Below are positions 13,201 through 25,984 of a DNA stretch of 64,000 nucleotides, in pieces. The stretch spans positions 28,212,001-28,276,000 of the forward strand of contig NC_086118.1 in assembly GCF_963921235.1 (NCBI RefSeq), in the 5' to 3' direction. The position numbers and the translations under genes are program-made. The stretch's first letter is position 1, and each line of letters opens with the position of its first letter. Source of the stretch: Mobula hypostoma (taxonomy: Eukaryota). Under the pieces are notes generated by a model, which searched no databases, had not been told where the DNA came from, and saw only the letters and a list, made by a program, of their open reading frames with translations.

Positions 13201-14150
13201 CATCTTTAACCAGCAACGCCACCCCACCTCCTTTTCTTTCATGTCTATCCCTCCTGAATATTGAATATCCCTGAACGTTGAGCTCCCATCCTTGGTCACC
13301 CTGGAGCCATGTCTCTGTGATCCCAACTATATCATAATCATTAATAACAATCTGCAATTTCAATTCATCCACCTTGTTACGAATGCTCCTTGCATTGACA
13401 CATAAAGCCTTCAGGCGCTCTTTTACAACTCTCTTAGCCCTTATACAATTATGTTGAAAAGTGGCCCTTTTTGATGCTTGCCCTGGATTTGTCGGCCTGC
13501 CACTTTTACTTTTCTCCTTACTACTTTTTGCTTCTACCCTCACTTTACACCCCTTTGTCTCTCTGCACTGGTTCCCATCCCCCTGTTGTGAACTAACCTC
13601 CTCTCGCCTAGCCTCTTTAATTTGATTCCCACCCCGCAACCATTCTAGTTTAAAGTCACCTCAGTAGCCCTCGCTAATCTCCCTGCCAGGATATTGGTCC
13701 CCCTAGGATTCAAGTGTAACCCATCCTTTTTGTACAGGTCACGCCTGCGCTAAAATAGGTCCCAATGATCCAAAAACTTGAATCCCTGCCTCCTACTCCA
13801 ATCCCTCAGCCACGCATTTATCCTCCACCTCATCGCATTCCTACTCTCACTGTCGCGTGGCACAGGCAGTAATCCCGAGATTACTACCTTTGCAGTCCTT
13901 TTTCTCAACTCCCTTCCTAGCTCCCTATATTCTCCTTTCCTCTTCCCTTTTCCTACCTATGTCATTGGTACCTATATGTACCACGACCTCTGGCATAGTT
14001 ATTCCTTTCAGCCACAGTGTTGCCATCTAGTTTTCCATTTGAGAGTTTTAGTTAATGGCCCTGTTTGGTCCTAGTGTTTAATGTTTTCCTTTCCCTTAAA
14101 ACCCTGTTCACATGTCTGAATGACTGGTGTCCTGTCGCACTCACCTGAAT
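10288..14150 (+). repeat. LTR of the same family as 45542-45967, split by a CR1 insertion (pieces ~10288-10520 and ~13996-14150)
   Basis: Starts TGTCATGACCACAGATTTAGCAG and is colinear with the 45286-45967 arms. Homology resumes after the CR1 (ttaatggccctgtttggtcctagtgttta...ttccctt). Confidence 0.65.
10521..13995 (-). mobile_element. CR1 LINE: near-complete ORF2 (APE endonuclease plus RT) and ORF1 3' remnant, frameshifted
   Basis: APE motifs NARSIRNK, GITETWL, MGDFN, SDHN (13049-13639, 12719-13036); RT motifs [31 protein letters not shown] (11542-12288, 10611-11585); esterase DGLHLN upstream; (TTCTATGT)n tail. Confidence 0.95.
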
Positions 14151-15125
14151 AATAAGCAAATTCTTCGAGAGGCTGATCAAGGGCTACATCTGCAGCTTGC
14201 TACCACCCACACCCCCTACAATTCACCGACTGACACAACCAATCAACAGATAATGCAGTAGCCACAGCTCTACACACCGTCCTTACACACCTAGAGAAGA
14301 AGGATGCTTATGAGAGAATGCTGTTTTGGACTACAGTTCAGCATTCACAAGATCACAAGACAAAGGAGCAGAAGTAGGCCATTTGGCCCATCGAGTCTGC
14401 TCTGCAGCTCCCCCATGAGCTAAACTATTCACCCATCTAGTTCCAATTTCCAGCTTTTTCCCCATATCCCTTGATATCCTAATTAGATACCTGTCAATCT
14501 CCTCCTTAAACACCCTCAATGATCGGGCCTCCACAGCTGTATGTGGCAACGAATTCCACAAATCCACGACCCTCTGGCTAAAATGATTTCTCCTCATCTG
14601 TTTTAACTGGGTACCCTCTAATTCTAAGACTATGGACTCTTGTCCTGGACTCACCCACCAAGAGAAACAACCTTTCCACATCTACTCTGTCCAACTCTTT
14701 CAACATTTGAAATGTTTCTATGAGATCCCCCCTCATCCTTCTATACTCTAATGACTACAATCCAAGAGCCGACAAACGCTCCTGATATGTTGGCCCCTGC
14801 ATTCCAGGAATCATCCACGTAAATCTTCTCTGAACTCTCTCCAACATCAGTACATCCTTTCTAAGATAGGGGGCCCCAAAACTGCACACAGTATTCCAAA
14901 TGAGGTCTCACTAATGCCCCATAGAGCCTCATCAACACCTCCTTACTCATACACTATTCCTCCTGAAATGAATGCCAACATAGCATTCACTTTCCTTACC
15001 GCTGATCCAACTTGGCGGTTAACATTTAGGGTATCCTGCACGAGGACCCCCAAGTCCCTTTGCACTTCAGGTTTTTGAATTTTCTCCCCATCTAAATAAT
15101 AATCTGCCCGATTATTTCTTCTTCC

Positions 15126-16406
15126 TGTCATGGTCTGGATCGGGGTCCCTTTAAATTTATCTTGTTTATGTTAGGATCCGGACCATTGATTCCCTGTTTT
15201 CCCGTGACCCTGGACTTTGGGATTAGAGGCAATTAACAATTGGCTGAACCGGTAGTTTATAGTCTCCGGCTTTCAGCCATTCGGCGCGGGAGCGTCTGCA
15301 AAGTCACCAGGGTACGGCGTGCCAATGTCATCTGGCCGGAGCAAGCCTAGTCTCCACCCGAAGTGAGTGCCGGTAATTCGCCTTTCCTTACCGGAGTAAC
15401 CCTGTCAAGTTACCCCGCTAAAGCGAGCCTGCAAAGTCTCCTCACCGAGGTGGTCCATCAGTTAATCCGCCAAAGGGAATCAAGAACCGCTGTCTACTGT
15501 TCCCAGGCCGAGTCGAGAGCTCGCCACTACCCGGAGGCTCCAAGTCAAGTTCTGGCCCCGGCGGCATTCAAGCACCAAGTCAAGCCCTGGCGGATTCCCA
15601 ATTCTGAGTCAAGTCCTGGCCCTGGCGGTCTGTGATTCCTGTCCTATCCGCTTGTCCAAATCCCTTCTCTGCCCCTCTTGCCTCTAGCCCTCGTCTGCAG
15701 CCCCCGCCTGCACTTCGGTCTAGTTTCATCACCAGAGCTAGATAGGTACTGTCTGGTGTTCATTCGTGTTGGTCTTGTCTTGTTCTCGCCTCTGTGGGGT
15801 AAGTCAGGCCATGTTGCCGTTGCTCCGTGGGGGGTCATGTCTTGTCTTGTCCTCGCCTCCGTGGGGGTAAGTCTGGCTGTCTTTCCGTTGCCCCACGGAG
15901 GGTCATGAGTCCCAGCCCCATGTCCTGTACCCAAGGAGGTGTCCCGGCTCTCTGTTGTGTGTGAGAGTCCTGGCCCTATGTCCTGTACTCAAGGAGGGGT
16001 CCCGACTCTGTTCTGTGTATGTGTCCATGGTTCCATGTACCTGATCTCCCGAGACCGAGGCTCTGTTTTCCATGTTCCTCCTCTCCCTAGCCCATGTCAT
16101 GTCCTTGCCTGGTTCTGGGGTCCGAGCCTGAGGCAAGACCCAGGTACTGGGTCCTTGCCCAGTCTCGGGCTCGGATTCCATACCCTAGCCTCTTCATGGC
16201 GCCTGTAGTTCTGGGAGCCGATTCTGAGTCTAAGCCCAGACACCTGGTCCCAGCCTAGTCGTAGTCCTGAGTCCTTGTCCGGTTCGCTATTTCCTGCTCC
16301 TGCCTTGCTCTCCTGGTATCGAACAATAAACTAAATCTCAGTAACCTCACAAGATGTGTCTTGCATTTGGGTCCACCCTTGCTCCTAATGCCCCGCCATT
16401 GTGACA
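15126..16406 (+). repeat. Solo LTR (~1.28 kb), Gypsy-like
   Basis: TGTCA...TGACA termini; perfect 5-bp TSD CTTCC (15121-15125 and 16407-16411); AATAAA near the 3' end; internal tandem repeats. Confidence 0.9.
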
Positions 16407-18339
16407 CTTCCGAAATGTACAACAGTACATTTGTCAACGTTGTATCTCATCTACCATTTCTTTGTCCACTCTCCTAAACTAACTAAGTCTCTCTGCAACC
16501 TTACCGTTTCTTCACCATTTCCTGCTCCTCCACCTATCTTGGTGTCATCTGCAAACTTAGCCACAAAACCACTTAATCCATATCATCGATATACATCATA
16601 AAAAGAAGCGGCCCCAACACCGACCCCTGCGGAACACCACTAGTAACCGGCAACCAATCAGAATAGGATCTCTTTATTCCCACCCTTTGCTTTCTGCCCA
16701 TCAGCCAATGCTCCACCCATTTCAATATCTTTCCTATAATTCCATGGGCTCTCATCTTAAGCAGCCTCGTATGCGGCACCTTATCAAAGGCCTTTTGAAA
16801 ATCCAAATACACAACATCCACAGCCTCTCTCTTGTCAATCTTATTCGAGATTACCTCAAAAAAATTCCAATAGGTTGGTGAGGCAGGATCTTCCCTTCAT
16901 GAAACCATGCTGGCTTTGGCCCATCTTGTCATGCACCTCGAGGTATTTCATAACCTTGTCCTTGAGGATTGACTCCAATATCTTTCCAACTACCGATGTC
17001 AGACTAATAAGTCTATAATTTTCTTTTCGCTGCCTCCTTCCTTTCTTAAATAGCGGAACTACATTTGCGACCTTCCAGTCCTCCAGAAACATGCCAGAGT
17101 CTATTGATTCCTGGAAGATCATTTCCAATGCTTCCACACTCTCCAAAGCTACTTCCTTCAGAACCCTTGGGTGCACTTCATCCGGACCGGGAGACTTATC
17201 TATTCTTAGTCCACTTAGCTTCCCAAGCACTTTCTCTCTAGTAATCTTGACTGTACCTAATTCTATTCCCTGATACCTCTGGCTGTCAGGTATATTGCTC
17301 ATGTCTTCCACTGTGAAGACTGATGCAAAATACTCATTCAGTTCCTCCACCATCTCTTTGTTATCCATTATAATTACTCCAGCATCATTTTCAATCGGTC
17401 CCGTGTCACTCTTCATATATTTAAAAAACTCTTAGTATCCTTTTTTATGTTAATCACCAACTTCCTTTCATAATTCATCTTTTCTTTCCTAATGACTTCC
17501 TTAGTCTCCTTCTGTAAGTTTTTAAAATTCTTCCAGTCCTCATTTTTCCCACTAATTTTTGCTTCCTTTTACACCATTTCTTTTGCTTTTATTTTTGCCT
17601 TAACCTCTCTCATTAGCCACATTTGTGTCATTTTTCCATTCATGATTTTCCTTTTTCTTGGAATATACTTTTCCTGCATTTTCCTAATTTCTTGTAGGAA
17701 TTTCATCCAATTCTGCTCTGCTGTCCCTCCATTTAGCTTACTTTTCCAATTGACTTGGGCCAGTTCCTCTCTCATACCATTGTAATTTCCCCTGTTCCAC
17801 TGAAATATCGATACACCTGATACCAGCTTCTCCTTTTCAAATTTGAAAGTGAACTCAATCATATTATGATCACTACTTCCAAGGGGTTCCTTTACCTCCA
17901 GCTCCCTAATCGCCTCAGGTTCGTTACACAGCACCCAATCCAAAACAGCCGGTCCCCTGGTGGGCTTCTGGACAAGCTGCTCCAAAAAGCCATCCTGTAG
18001 GCATTCTACAAACTCCCTCTCCTGAGATCCATTACCTTCCGGACTTTCCCAATCCACTTTCATATTAAAATCCCCCATAATTATCTTGACATTTTCCTTC
18101 TGACACGCTTTTTCTATTTCCAGCTGCAACTTGTAGTCCACATCCCGGCTGCTGTTTGGAGGCATATATATAACTGCTATTAGTGTCTTTTTACCCTTGC
18201 CATTTCTTAATTCTACCCATAAGGATCCTACCTCTTCTGATCCTATGTCCCTTCTTTCTATTGATTTGATATCGTTATTTACCATCAGGGCCATGCCACC
18301 CCCTTTACCTACCTTCCTATCTTTCCTATACACTGTGTA

Positions 18340-18663
18340 ACCCAGCATGTGAAGATAGACTCCGGCGGATTGAGCGGACGAGACCAACGGAAGGTCCAAC
18401 GGTCAAGAAGGCGGTCTCTGCAAACGTCGTGGAACGTGTAGAGCAGGACAAGACACAGAAGACGTCCTGGTCATCCACTGCGCCTAGTCCCATCTCCAGC
18501 CGTCTAGACTCTGTCTTGCCACTGGATCCAGATGGGAATTGGGAAGAGAGAGTGAGGCTGACGCTGCGCAACTCTCCCTCACTTAAATCCAAATCACGCG
18601 CTAGTCTCGACACCATCATAATGGTGTCGAGGTCCTCATCGACGTCAATGATGGACGAACAAC
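18340..18663 (+). mobile_element. RTE-derived non-autonomous (SINE-like) element
   Basis: 12-bp TSD ATACACTGTGTA (18328-18339 and 18664-18675); 3' hairpin CTCGACACCAT-cata-ATGGTGTCGAG; GAACAAC tail. The RTE assignment is from recalled similarity. Confidence 0.75.
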
Positions 18664-21097
18664 ATACACTGTGTATCCTTGGATATTCAGGTCCTAATCA
18701 CATCCATCATTTAGCCATGACTCAGTGATGGCCACAATGTCATATCTTTTAACCTGCAGCTGTGCAGCAAGGCCATCCACTATTTCTAATGCTGCGTGCA
18801 TTTAAGTACAGTACATTTAGATCAGTATCTGTTGCCAATTTTGCTATATTTCTATTTTGCAGCAAATTATCCTGTATATTCTCCGGCCTGTCCTTCTTGC
18901 CATCTTTGCTGCACAGTATTTTTGACTTATTTCTATTTTCCTCTTCCTCAACCCTAACACCTTGGTTTCATTCCCCTTGCCAACTTAGTTTAAACCCTCC
19001 CTAACAGCTATATTAAACAATCCCACCAGGATATTAGTACCTTTTGAGTTCAGGTGTAATCCATCTTTTTTGTATAAGTCATACCTTCCCCAAAATAGAT
19101 CCCAATGATTCAAGAATTTGAAGCCCTGCCCCCTGCACCAGTTACTTAGCCACACATTCATCTGCTTAATTCTGCTATTCTTACCATCATTAGCGCGCAG
19201 CTCAGGCAGCAATCCTGATATTTTTACTCTGGAGGTCCAGCTTTTCAATTTTCTTCCCAGCTCCCAGTAATCTTTCTTCAGGTCCTCCTCTCTTTTTCTG
19301 TCTATGTCATTGGTACCAACATGTACCAAGACTTCCGGCTGCTCGCCCTCTCTCCTCAGAATACTCTGGACTCGATCTGAGACATCCCATACCTGGGCAC
19401 CAGGGAGGCAACACACCATCCTGGTATCCTTGTACGGCTCACAGAATCTCTTGTCTGTCCCCCTTACGATGGCCTTACAATTCAACAACATAATTCCCTC
19501 CAGGCTTGGCAAGAAGCTCAGAGACCTTGCCCTTCACCCTCCCTGTGTAGCTGGATCCTGAACTTCCTGTCAGATTGCCAGCAAGTGGTAAGAGTGGGCT
19601 CTCTCACCTCTGCCCTATGACCCTCAACACAGTTGCCCCTCAGGGCTGTGTCCTAAGCCCCCGCCTTTACACTCTGTATACCCATGACTGTGTCGCCAAC
19701 CATAGCTCCAATCTGCTAATTAAATTTACTGATGACACTACGCTGATTGGCCTAATCTCAAATAATAATGAGGCAGCCTACAGAGAAGAAGTCAACACCC
19801 TGAAACATTGGTGTCAAGGAAACAACCTCTCCATCAATGTCACAAAAACAAAGGAGATGGTTGTGGACTACAGGAGGAATGGAGACAGGCTAACCCCTAT
19901 TGACATCAATGGATCTGGGGTTGAGAGGGTGAACGACTTTAAGTTCCTCAGCATAAACATCACCAAGGATCTCATGTGGTCTGTACATACCAGCTGTGTG
20001 GTGAAAAAGGCACAATAGTGCTTCTTTTACTTCAGATGGTTGAAGTAGTATGGTATGGGCCCCCAAATCCTAAGAACTTTCTAAAGGGGCACAATTGAGA
20101 GCATCCTGACTAGCTGTATCACTGCTTGATATGGGAACTGTACTTCTCTCAATCACAGGACTCTGTAGAAAGTGATGTGGACAGCCCAGCACATCTGTAG
20201 ATGTGAACTTCCCATGATTCACTGTGCCACTAGCCACTGGCCTCCAGTCAGAGAGAGAACCCTCCACCACCACTCTCTGCCTTCTCCCACAAAGCCAATG
20301 TCTAATCCAATTTACTACTCATTCTGAATGCCAAGCAATTGAACCATTTCTGACCAGCCTCCCTTGCGGGATGTTGCCAAATGCCTTAACAAATTCTACA
20401 TAGGCAACAAGCACTGCATTGCCTTCATCCACTTTCCTAGTAACATCCTACCACTGGTCGATGTGACCTACCACTCATGAAGCTATGCTGACTATCCTTA
20501 ATCAGTCCACGTCCATCCAAATACTTACATATCCAGTCCCTTAGAATACCTTCCAATAACTTTCCCACAACTGATGTCAGATTCACTGGCCTATAATTTC
20601 CTGGTTTATGTTTAAGAGCCTTTTTAAAACAGAACACTGGCTATCCTACAATTCTCTGGTACATTCCCTGTCGCTAAGGATGTTTTAAATATCTCTGCTA
20701 GGGCCCCAGAAATTGCTGCACTTCCCTTTCATTGGGTCCAAGGGATTACCTTGTCAGGCTCTGGGGATTTATCCACCCAGATTTGCCTTAGGGTAGCAAA
20801 CACCTTCTCCTCTCTAATCTGTACATTGTCCATGAAGTTGATGCTACTTTGCTTCACTTTGAGACTTGTAATCAGTTTCCTGAGTAAATACAGATGCAAA
20901 AACAATATTCAAGATATCCTCCTTCCATTTTGGCTCCACACACAGATAATCAGTCTGGTCTTCCAGAGAACCTATTTTGCTCTTAACTAGCTGCAGAATC
21001 CCTTAAGATTCTCCATCTTCTCTGCTAGAGTAACTTCAGTCCTTCTTTTAACCTTCTTTGATTTCTTTCCCATATTCACTTACATTTCTTACACTTC

Positions 21098-22897
21098 TGT
21101 AAGGGGTTCTTCTTTAATGTTACTGCTAAGGTGAATAAAATGGCTTCTCTGTACTGTTAACTGCTGAGACAGTGGTTCTCTATAGCAGTATGTTTGGATT
21201 ATAATTAGTGATAACTGGACTTGTATTCATTTGTTAACCAATTGGGGATAGATGTTATTCTTTGTCTGTGTGAAGCTGTTAGTTGCACAGGCTTTGGGGA
21301 GAAGGCGTGAGGAGGATGAAGAGAGAAGACGTGGCTAGAGGAGACAGTTACCGGACCCACTGGGCCTGGGCTCGGGGCAGGAGCCCAGAGGTCGACAACG
21401 AGCAGAGGATCAGTGAAAGGGAATCCATGAGCTCCAACGTTTGTGCACTGGACATGTTTATGAGATTTGGTGCCTTTTATTTGTTTTCCTTTTCTTTTGT
21501 TTCTCTACTAACCCCATACTTAAATATAAAATCTTAATCATTTAACCACACATTGTGGACTGAATGTTATTTCGGGGCACTGATGTTACACAGGGGACAA
21601 CACGCAGCTGTCACAAGGGGTGCTGAGAACAGACCCAAGTGCAAGACACAGACACTGAAGTACAAAGAACAGGGCTTGACTAGAGTAAGGGCATGATAGG
21701 ATTCAGGCGAGGAGCAGCGACAAGAGTGCAGACTTGGGCTAGGGAAAGCAGGACCAGGACTAGGAACCATGGACTAGGAGACAAGGCTTGGACTCTGAGC
21801 CCGGGACTGGACAAAGACCCAGAACCTGGGTCTTGCCTCGAGCTCGGACCCCAGAACCAGGCAAGGACATGACTTGGCTGCCAGCTGGGGTCTGGGGTCC
21901 TTGGGTCCTGAGGCCGCGGGATCCTCGAGGCCAGGGGTCCTTGGGTCCTGAGGCCGCGGGATCTTTCTCTAGAAATGCATAGGCTGATAACTCAGAGGCT
22001 GGAGCTGAGAGACAGACTGGGAACTGAACATCAACATAGAGCGGGGACTTATTCTTCAACAAACCAGGACTCATCTTTAACACAACACGAACATGAGCCA
22101 GGACTTACCCTACAACAAGCCAGGACTCAACATCTCCACACCAAGGTGGGACAGGTCCACTTATTGGGTAATGGCAGGATAGCCAGACTTACCCAACAGA
22201 GACAAAGACATGTCCCCCCACAGGGCAAAGGCAAGACAGCCTGACTTACCCCACAGAGGCAAGGACAAGACATGAACCCCCCCCCCCCAAAAAAGGGCAA
22301 CAGCAAAACAGCCTGACTTACCCTACAGAGGCAAGGACACAAAGAGACAAACACCAAAGGACAACAGACAGTTCCATCTCTGCTCCAGGGTAGCTCCAAG
22401 TCTCAGTTCAGCCAGCAACCTCAGCTGACTACAGAAACAGCCAGATCCCCACCTAGCTCAGAGTGGCTGGCAGCCACTCAGCTGGCCCAGGAAACAGCCA
22501 AATCCATACCGCAAAGATTACTCCAACAAGTGGCAGCAAAGCTCCATGAAGCAGTGGTCCTACAACCAGGTCACAAGATCACAAATGGTTTCACTAGCCT
22601 TCCATCAGCAAGTTGCTCTAGGGGAGACTGACAAAACAAACCAGCAGCCCATACTTAATCCCAAGGCTACTTATATTGCAAGCCCAAAGATGGGAATCAG
22701 GTGCCTATGATTAACTCAAACCAGGGACAGCTGGAAGACCTGGAGTCCTGAGTCCACAGACTGGACCATGAACCGGAATGTGGACTTCACGGACTGGACC
22801 ATGACACGCAGCATCCACCCAAACAAGAATACGAAGGTTTGGTCGGGGAGGGGGAGCCACCCCTGAGATCATGCGGCTGGGCAAAGCGAGTCTTACA
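21098..22897. repeat. Solo LTR (~600 bp net) containing a second nested LTR
   Basis: TGTAAG...CTTACA termini; 4-bp TSD CTTC (21094-21097 and 22898-22901). Confidence 0.8.
21609..22806 (-). repeat. Solo LTR (~1.2 kb) related to 15126-16406
   Basis: TGTCA...TGACA termini; flanking direct repeat CGCAGC (21603-21608 and 22807-22812); shared internal block (gacccagaacctgggtcttgcctc...ggcaaggacatgac); 30-bp tandem duplication at 21894-21963. Confidence 0.85.
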
Positions 22898-23624
22898 CTT
22901 CATAAGGACCTCATTTGTTCTATTTGCCTATACCTGCTATGCATCTCCTTTTTCTCTTAACTAGGGCCTCAATATCTCTTGGTTCTCTGCACTTGTTATC
23001 TTTACCTTTTATTCTAACAGGCACATACAAGATTTGTACTCTCAGAATTTCATTTTTGAAGGCTTCCCACTTTTGAAGTACAGCTTTGCCAGAAAACAGC
23101 CTGTCCCAATCCGCACTTGCCAGATCATTTCTGATACCATCAAAATTGGCCTTTCTCCAATTTAGAATCTCAACTTGCAGACCAGGTCTATCTCTTTGCA
23201 TATTTACTTTGAACCTGATTGTATTGTGGTCACTGGATGCAAAGTACTCCCCTACACAAACTTTTGACACCTGCCCTGTCTCATTCCCTAAAAACAGATC
23301 CAGTATCACACACTCTCTCATTGTGGCTTTACATACTGATGAAGGAAACTTTGCTGAACACATTTGACAAATTCTAACCTATCTAGTCCTTTTACATTAT
23401 GGGATTCCCAGTCAATACGTGGATAGTTAAAATCAAATACTATAACAACCTTATGTTTCTTGCAGCAGTCTGCATGCTCTTTAAAAATCTGGTCCTCTAA
23501 ATCCTAGGACTGTTGGGTGGTTGGTGATATAACTCCATTAACGTGGCCAAACCTTTCTTATTGTTCCAGATAAATGACTTTCTTGATTAACTTACAGCTC
23601 AATTAACTGGAATCTGCTTTATAT

Positions 23625-23960
23625 AAAATTATGAGAGGCAGAGATAGGGTAGGTCATAACCTTTATTCCAAACAAGGTCAAGAGGGCATAGGTTTAAGGA
23701 GATAGAAAAGAGTCTTGCAGGGGATTTCAAAGGGAAGGTTTTAACGCAGAGAGTGGTTGTTGTCTGAAATTGACTATCAGAGGAGATGGTGGAGTCATAC
23801 ACTGTCACTTCATTTAAGAAATATTTAGACAGACAATCCAATAAGCAAGGCATTGAAGAATATTGACTTAATGCTGACAGATGGGATTAGTGCAGAGAGG
23901 CAAAAAGGTTAGCTTGGGAACAATGGGACATAGGGGCCATTTTTATAGAGTTAAATTCTA
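23625..23960 (+). mobile_element. Old CR1 3' end remnant
   Basis: YKIMRGRDRV...RGHRFK...VLTQRVVVV*N*L...SFKKYLD, CR1 C-terminus-like. Confidence 0.6.
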
Positions 23961-24668
23961 TGGCTGTAAGATGTAAGAACCAGGCTAGCTTATTGAGATA
24001 TTCCGATATGGAGATATTATACAAGTTGATTTTAACTTGATAATCTGCACGGCTGATTTACAAAATAATATTATATTCCATTATTCAGTACTTTACAGTT
24101 GAAATTTTACATAAGCTATGTTTTCCTGCGACAGCCCTCAATCCCTTTAAGAGAGCAAGATAATGCAGCTGAGTATGAACCCAACCAATACCCCACTTTT
24201 GCTTTGATGTTGATTGTGGGGTTTAGAATTGGTTTAGAGGTGATATAAAAGTCTTAAAAGGAAGAGATCTTTAAAAGGACTGGCTAAATTGTATCTAAAT
24301 TGTATAATCAGAACAAACGAGATTATGTCCTGAAAGATAACTTTTAACCTACTATTCTGTAGAAGTTCATGTAACTTCATGTGAGTCGGGCTTCATCAAG
24401 TTCAATTGTCAAAAAAGGGTAAACATAGCTAAATTATTTTTTACCTGTCAGGAAGTAGACCATTTATATAGATGGGTAGAAGCAGGTCTAAAGCCACATG
24501 TGGTTTAAGAAATGTGGCAGCTGCAAGAATGCTTTACCTTGGTAGATTTAATATATCCTCTTGTAGCCAATTGGCCTTTGAATGCAATTTTATTTATATA
24601 AGGTGCCAAACACCAGAGAAACAATTTCAACCTTTTGAAGTCTGAGAATTTAGGAGAATTTATGATAG

Positions 24669-24868
24669 CACACTGCTCCAGTCCACGCAGCTGAAAATGG
24701 GTACCAGCAAATGCTGGGAGTTAACGTTAACCTCGCGATAGACTGGCGTCCTATCCGGGGGGGGGGGGTGGCGGCGGAGGGGAGTCTCGTACTCTTAGTT
24801 ACTTCACGCCACAGAAACCGGCTTAAGTACCGGCCTGATGGGCCTCAAGGCTTGGGAGAAAAAAAATA
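24669..24868 (+). mobile_element. 5'-truncated SINE fragment
   Basis: 9-bp TSD TTATGATAG (24660-24668 and 24869-24877); A-rich tail; body ccagtccacgcagctgaaaatgggtacc...gcgatagactggcgtcctatcc. Confidence 0.6.
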
Positions 24869-25984
24869 TTATGATAGAGTAATAAGTTTTGTTTTTATCA
24901 TTGCTGAGATAGCTTCAGAACTGGATTGCTTGGTTGTAAGTGTGTTACAGAAACAAATGCAACAATATGCACGAACATGCTGTTACTGATGACAGCTTTC
25001 TTTCATTTGTTGTTAGAAATTATGTATTTCAGTCTACTCTAAAGTAAAAAAAGCAGAAAATCTTATACCGCAGTACGACACTTGGTACTGAAGTACTATG
25101 TTTTAGAAGATACGTGAAATTGGGTAACCACCTACCTTATCATACCTGTATGTGGCAAAATTTCCCAGAAGAGCAGTAAAATTATCAATGATCTCCTGGT
25201 CAAAACTGTTGTTCATTATCAAATTGTTGTTTGTTGGATCCTGTGCCAGTTTTATTGCTGCATTACAATAGTAAATGACTCCAAAAGTATTTACTTGACA
25301 GAACCCATCTGATTGATTTTTTTTCATAAATGGGTAGGAAGTGGGTCTCTTAAGGCATTGCACAAGTTTTTTAAAAAATTAATGATTTGGAGTTAGTGTT
25401 TATAAAAAATATAACTTTTTTCTGTTTTTCTCCTTTTTTCAAGGCTGAGCACAGGTTGACAGGTGCATGAACCAATAGACAATACTTCATTGACTCACCG
25501 CAAGAAAAAGTAATTTTCCTTCAATATGTTAAGACTAGGTAATGTGTTGTGTACAATTATATTAATGATTTAAATGGCTGGGAACTTACAGACAATGTAC
25601 TTGTAAGATTTCAGTAATGGTGGGTATTACTCTCAACTCCGAACTTGGAGAATAAAATTGAAAGATTGCCTTGTTTGACAGTGGCAGCTTGTTCAACCAG
25701 GAGATTAATCAACTCAGAACAGATTGGTAGTTTCTAAGGATTCATTGATGCTTGCATTATTTCACTGAACACAGTGGCAAGTTCAAGTATTGTGAATTGA
25801 AAATTGTAATATTAATATAAATTTAACAAGTCATCATTAACAGGGAGAAAATATACCCAGAAATATTACCAGACAAATTGAGAAGTGTGGAAGAAATCCT
25901 CATTTTAAATCCCTATTGATTTTATTGTTTGTCATATTTCCTTATGTCGAGGTGAGGTAGGTTAAGGTTAATGCTGTAGAACAC

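Larger units (their letters stand above)
14346..19459 (-). mobile_element. CR1 LINE with ORF1 SGNH esterase and ORF2 APE-RT, disrupted, hosting two nested inserts
   Basis: ORF1 VLVHVGTND and DGLHLN (18985-19460); APE 17569-18330; RT 16856-17416 and 16573-16821; (TCTTGTGA)n tail at ~14346. Confidence 0.9.
14190..20222 (+). mobile_element. Rex1/Babar LINE split by a CR1 (pieces ~14190-14345 and ~19460-20222)
   Basis: THLEKKDAYERMLFLDYSSAF continues after the insert as NNIIPSRLGKKL...APQGCVLSP...KFTDDT; ATTCA is repeated at both junctions. Confidence 0.85.
20222..23566 (-). mobile_element. CR1 ORF2 fragment (APE end and RT start), interrupted by nested LTRs
   Basis: ORF 22920-23363 (LDLFLGNE...SDHNTIRF...LNWRKANF) and 20437-20637 (PGNYRPVNLTSVVGKLLE...DSQHSF). 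Confidence 0.8.

Noticed and set aside
15700..16100. CRISPR-like or coding tandem array
   Set aside because: Degenerate subrepeats inside a eukaryotic solo LTR, with no constant repeat-spacer pattern.
24537..24642. Short open minus-strand segment ending AAG|GTAAAG as a coding exon
   Set aside because: No recognisable homology; such segments arise by chance in AT-rich DNA.
25103..25363. 86-aa minus-strand ORF with an AAG|GTAGGT donor as a host exon
   Set aside because: Weak acceptor, unrecognised peptide and no phase-compatible neighbouring exon.
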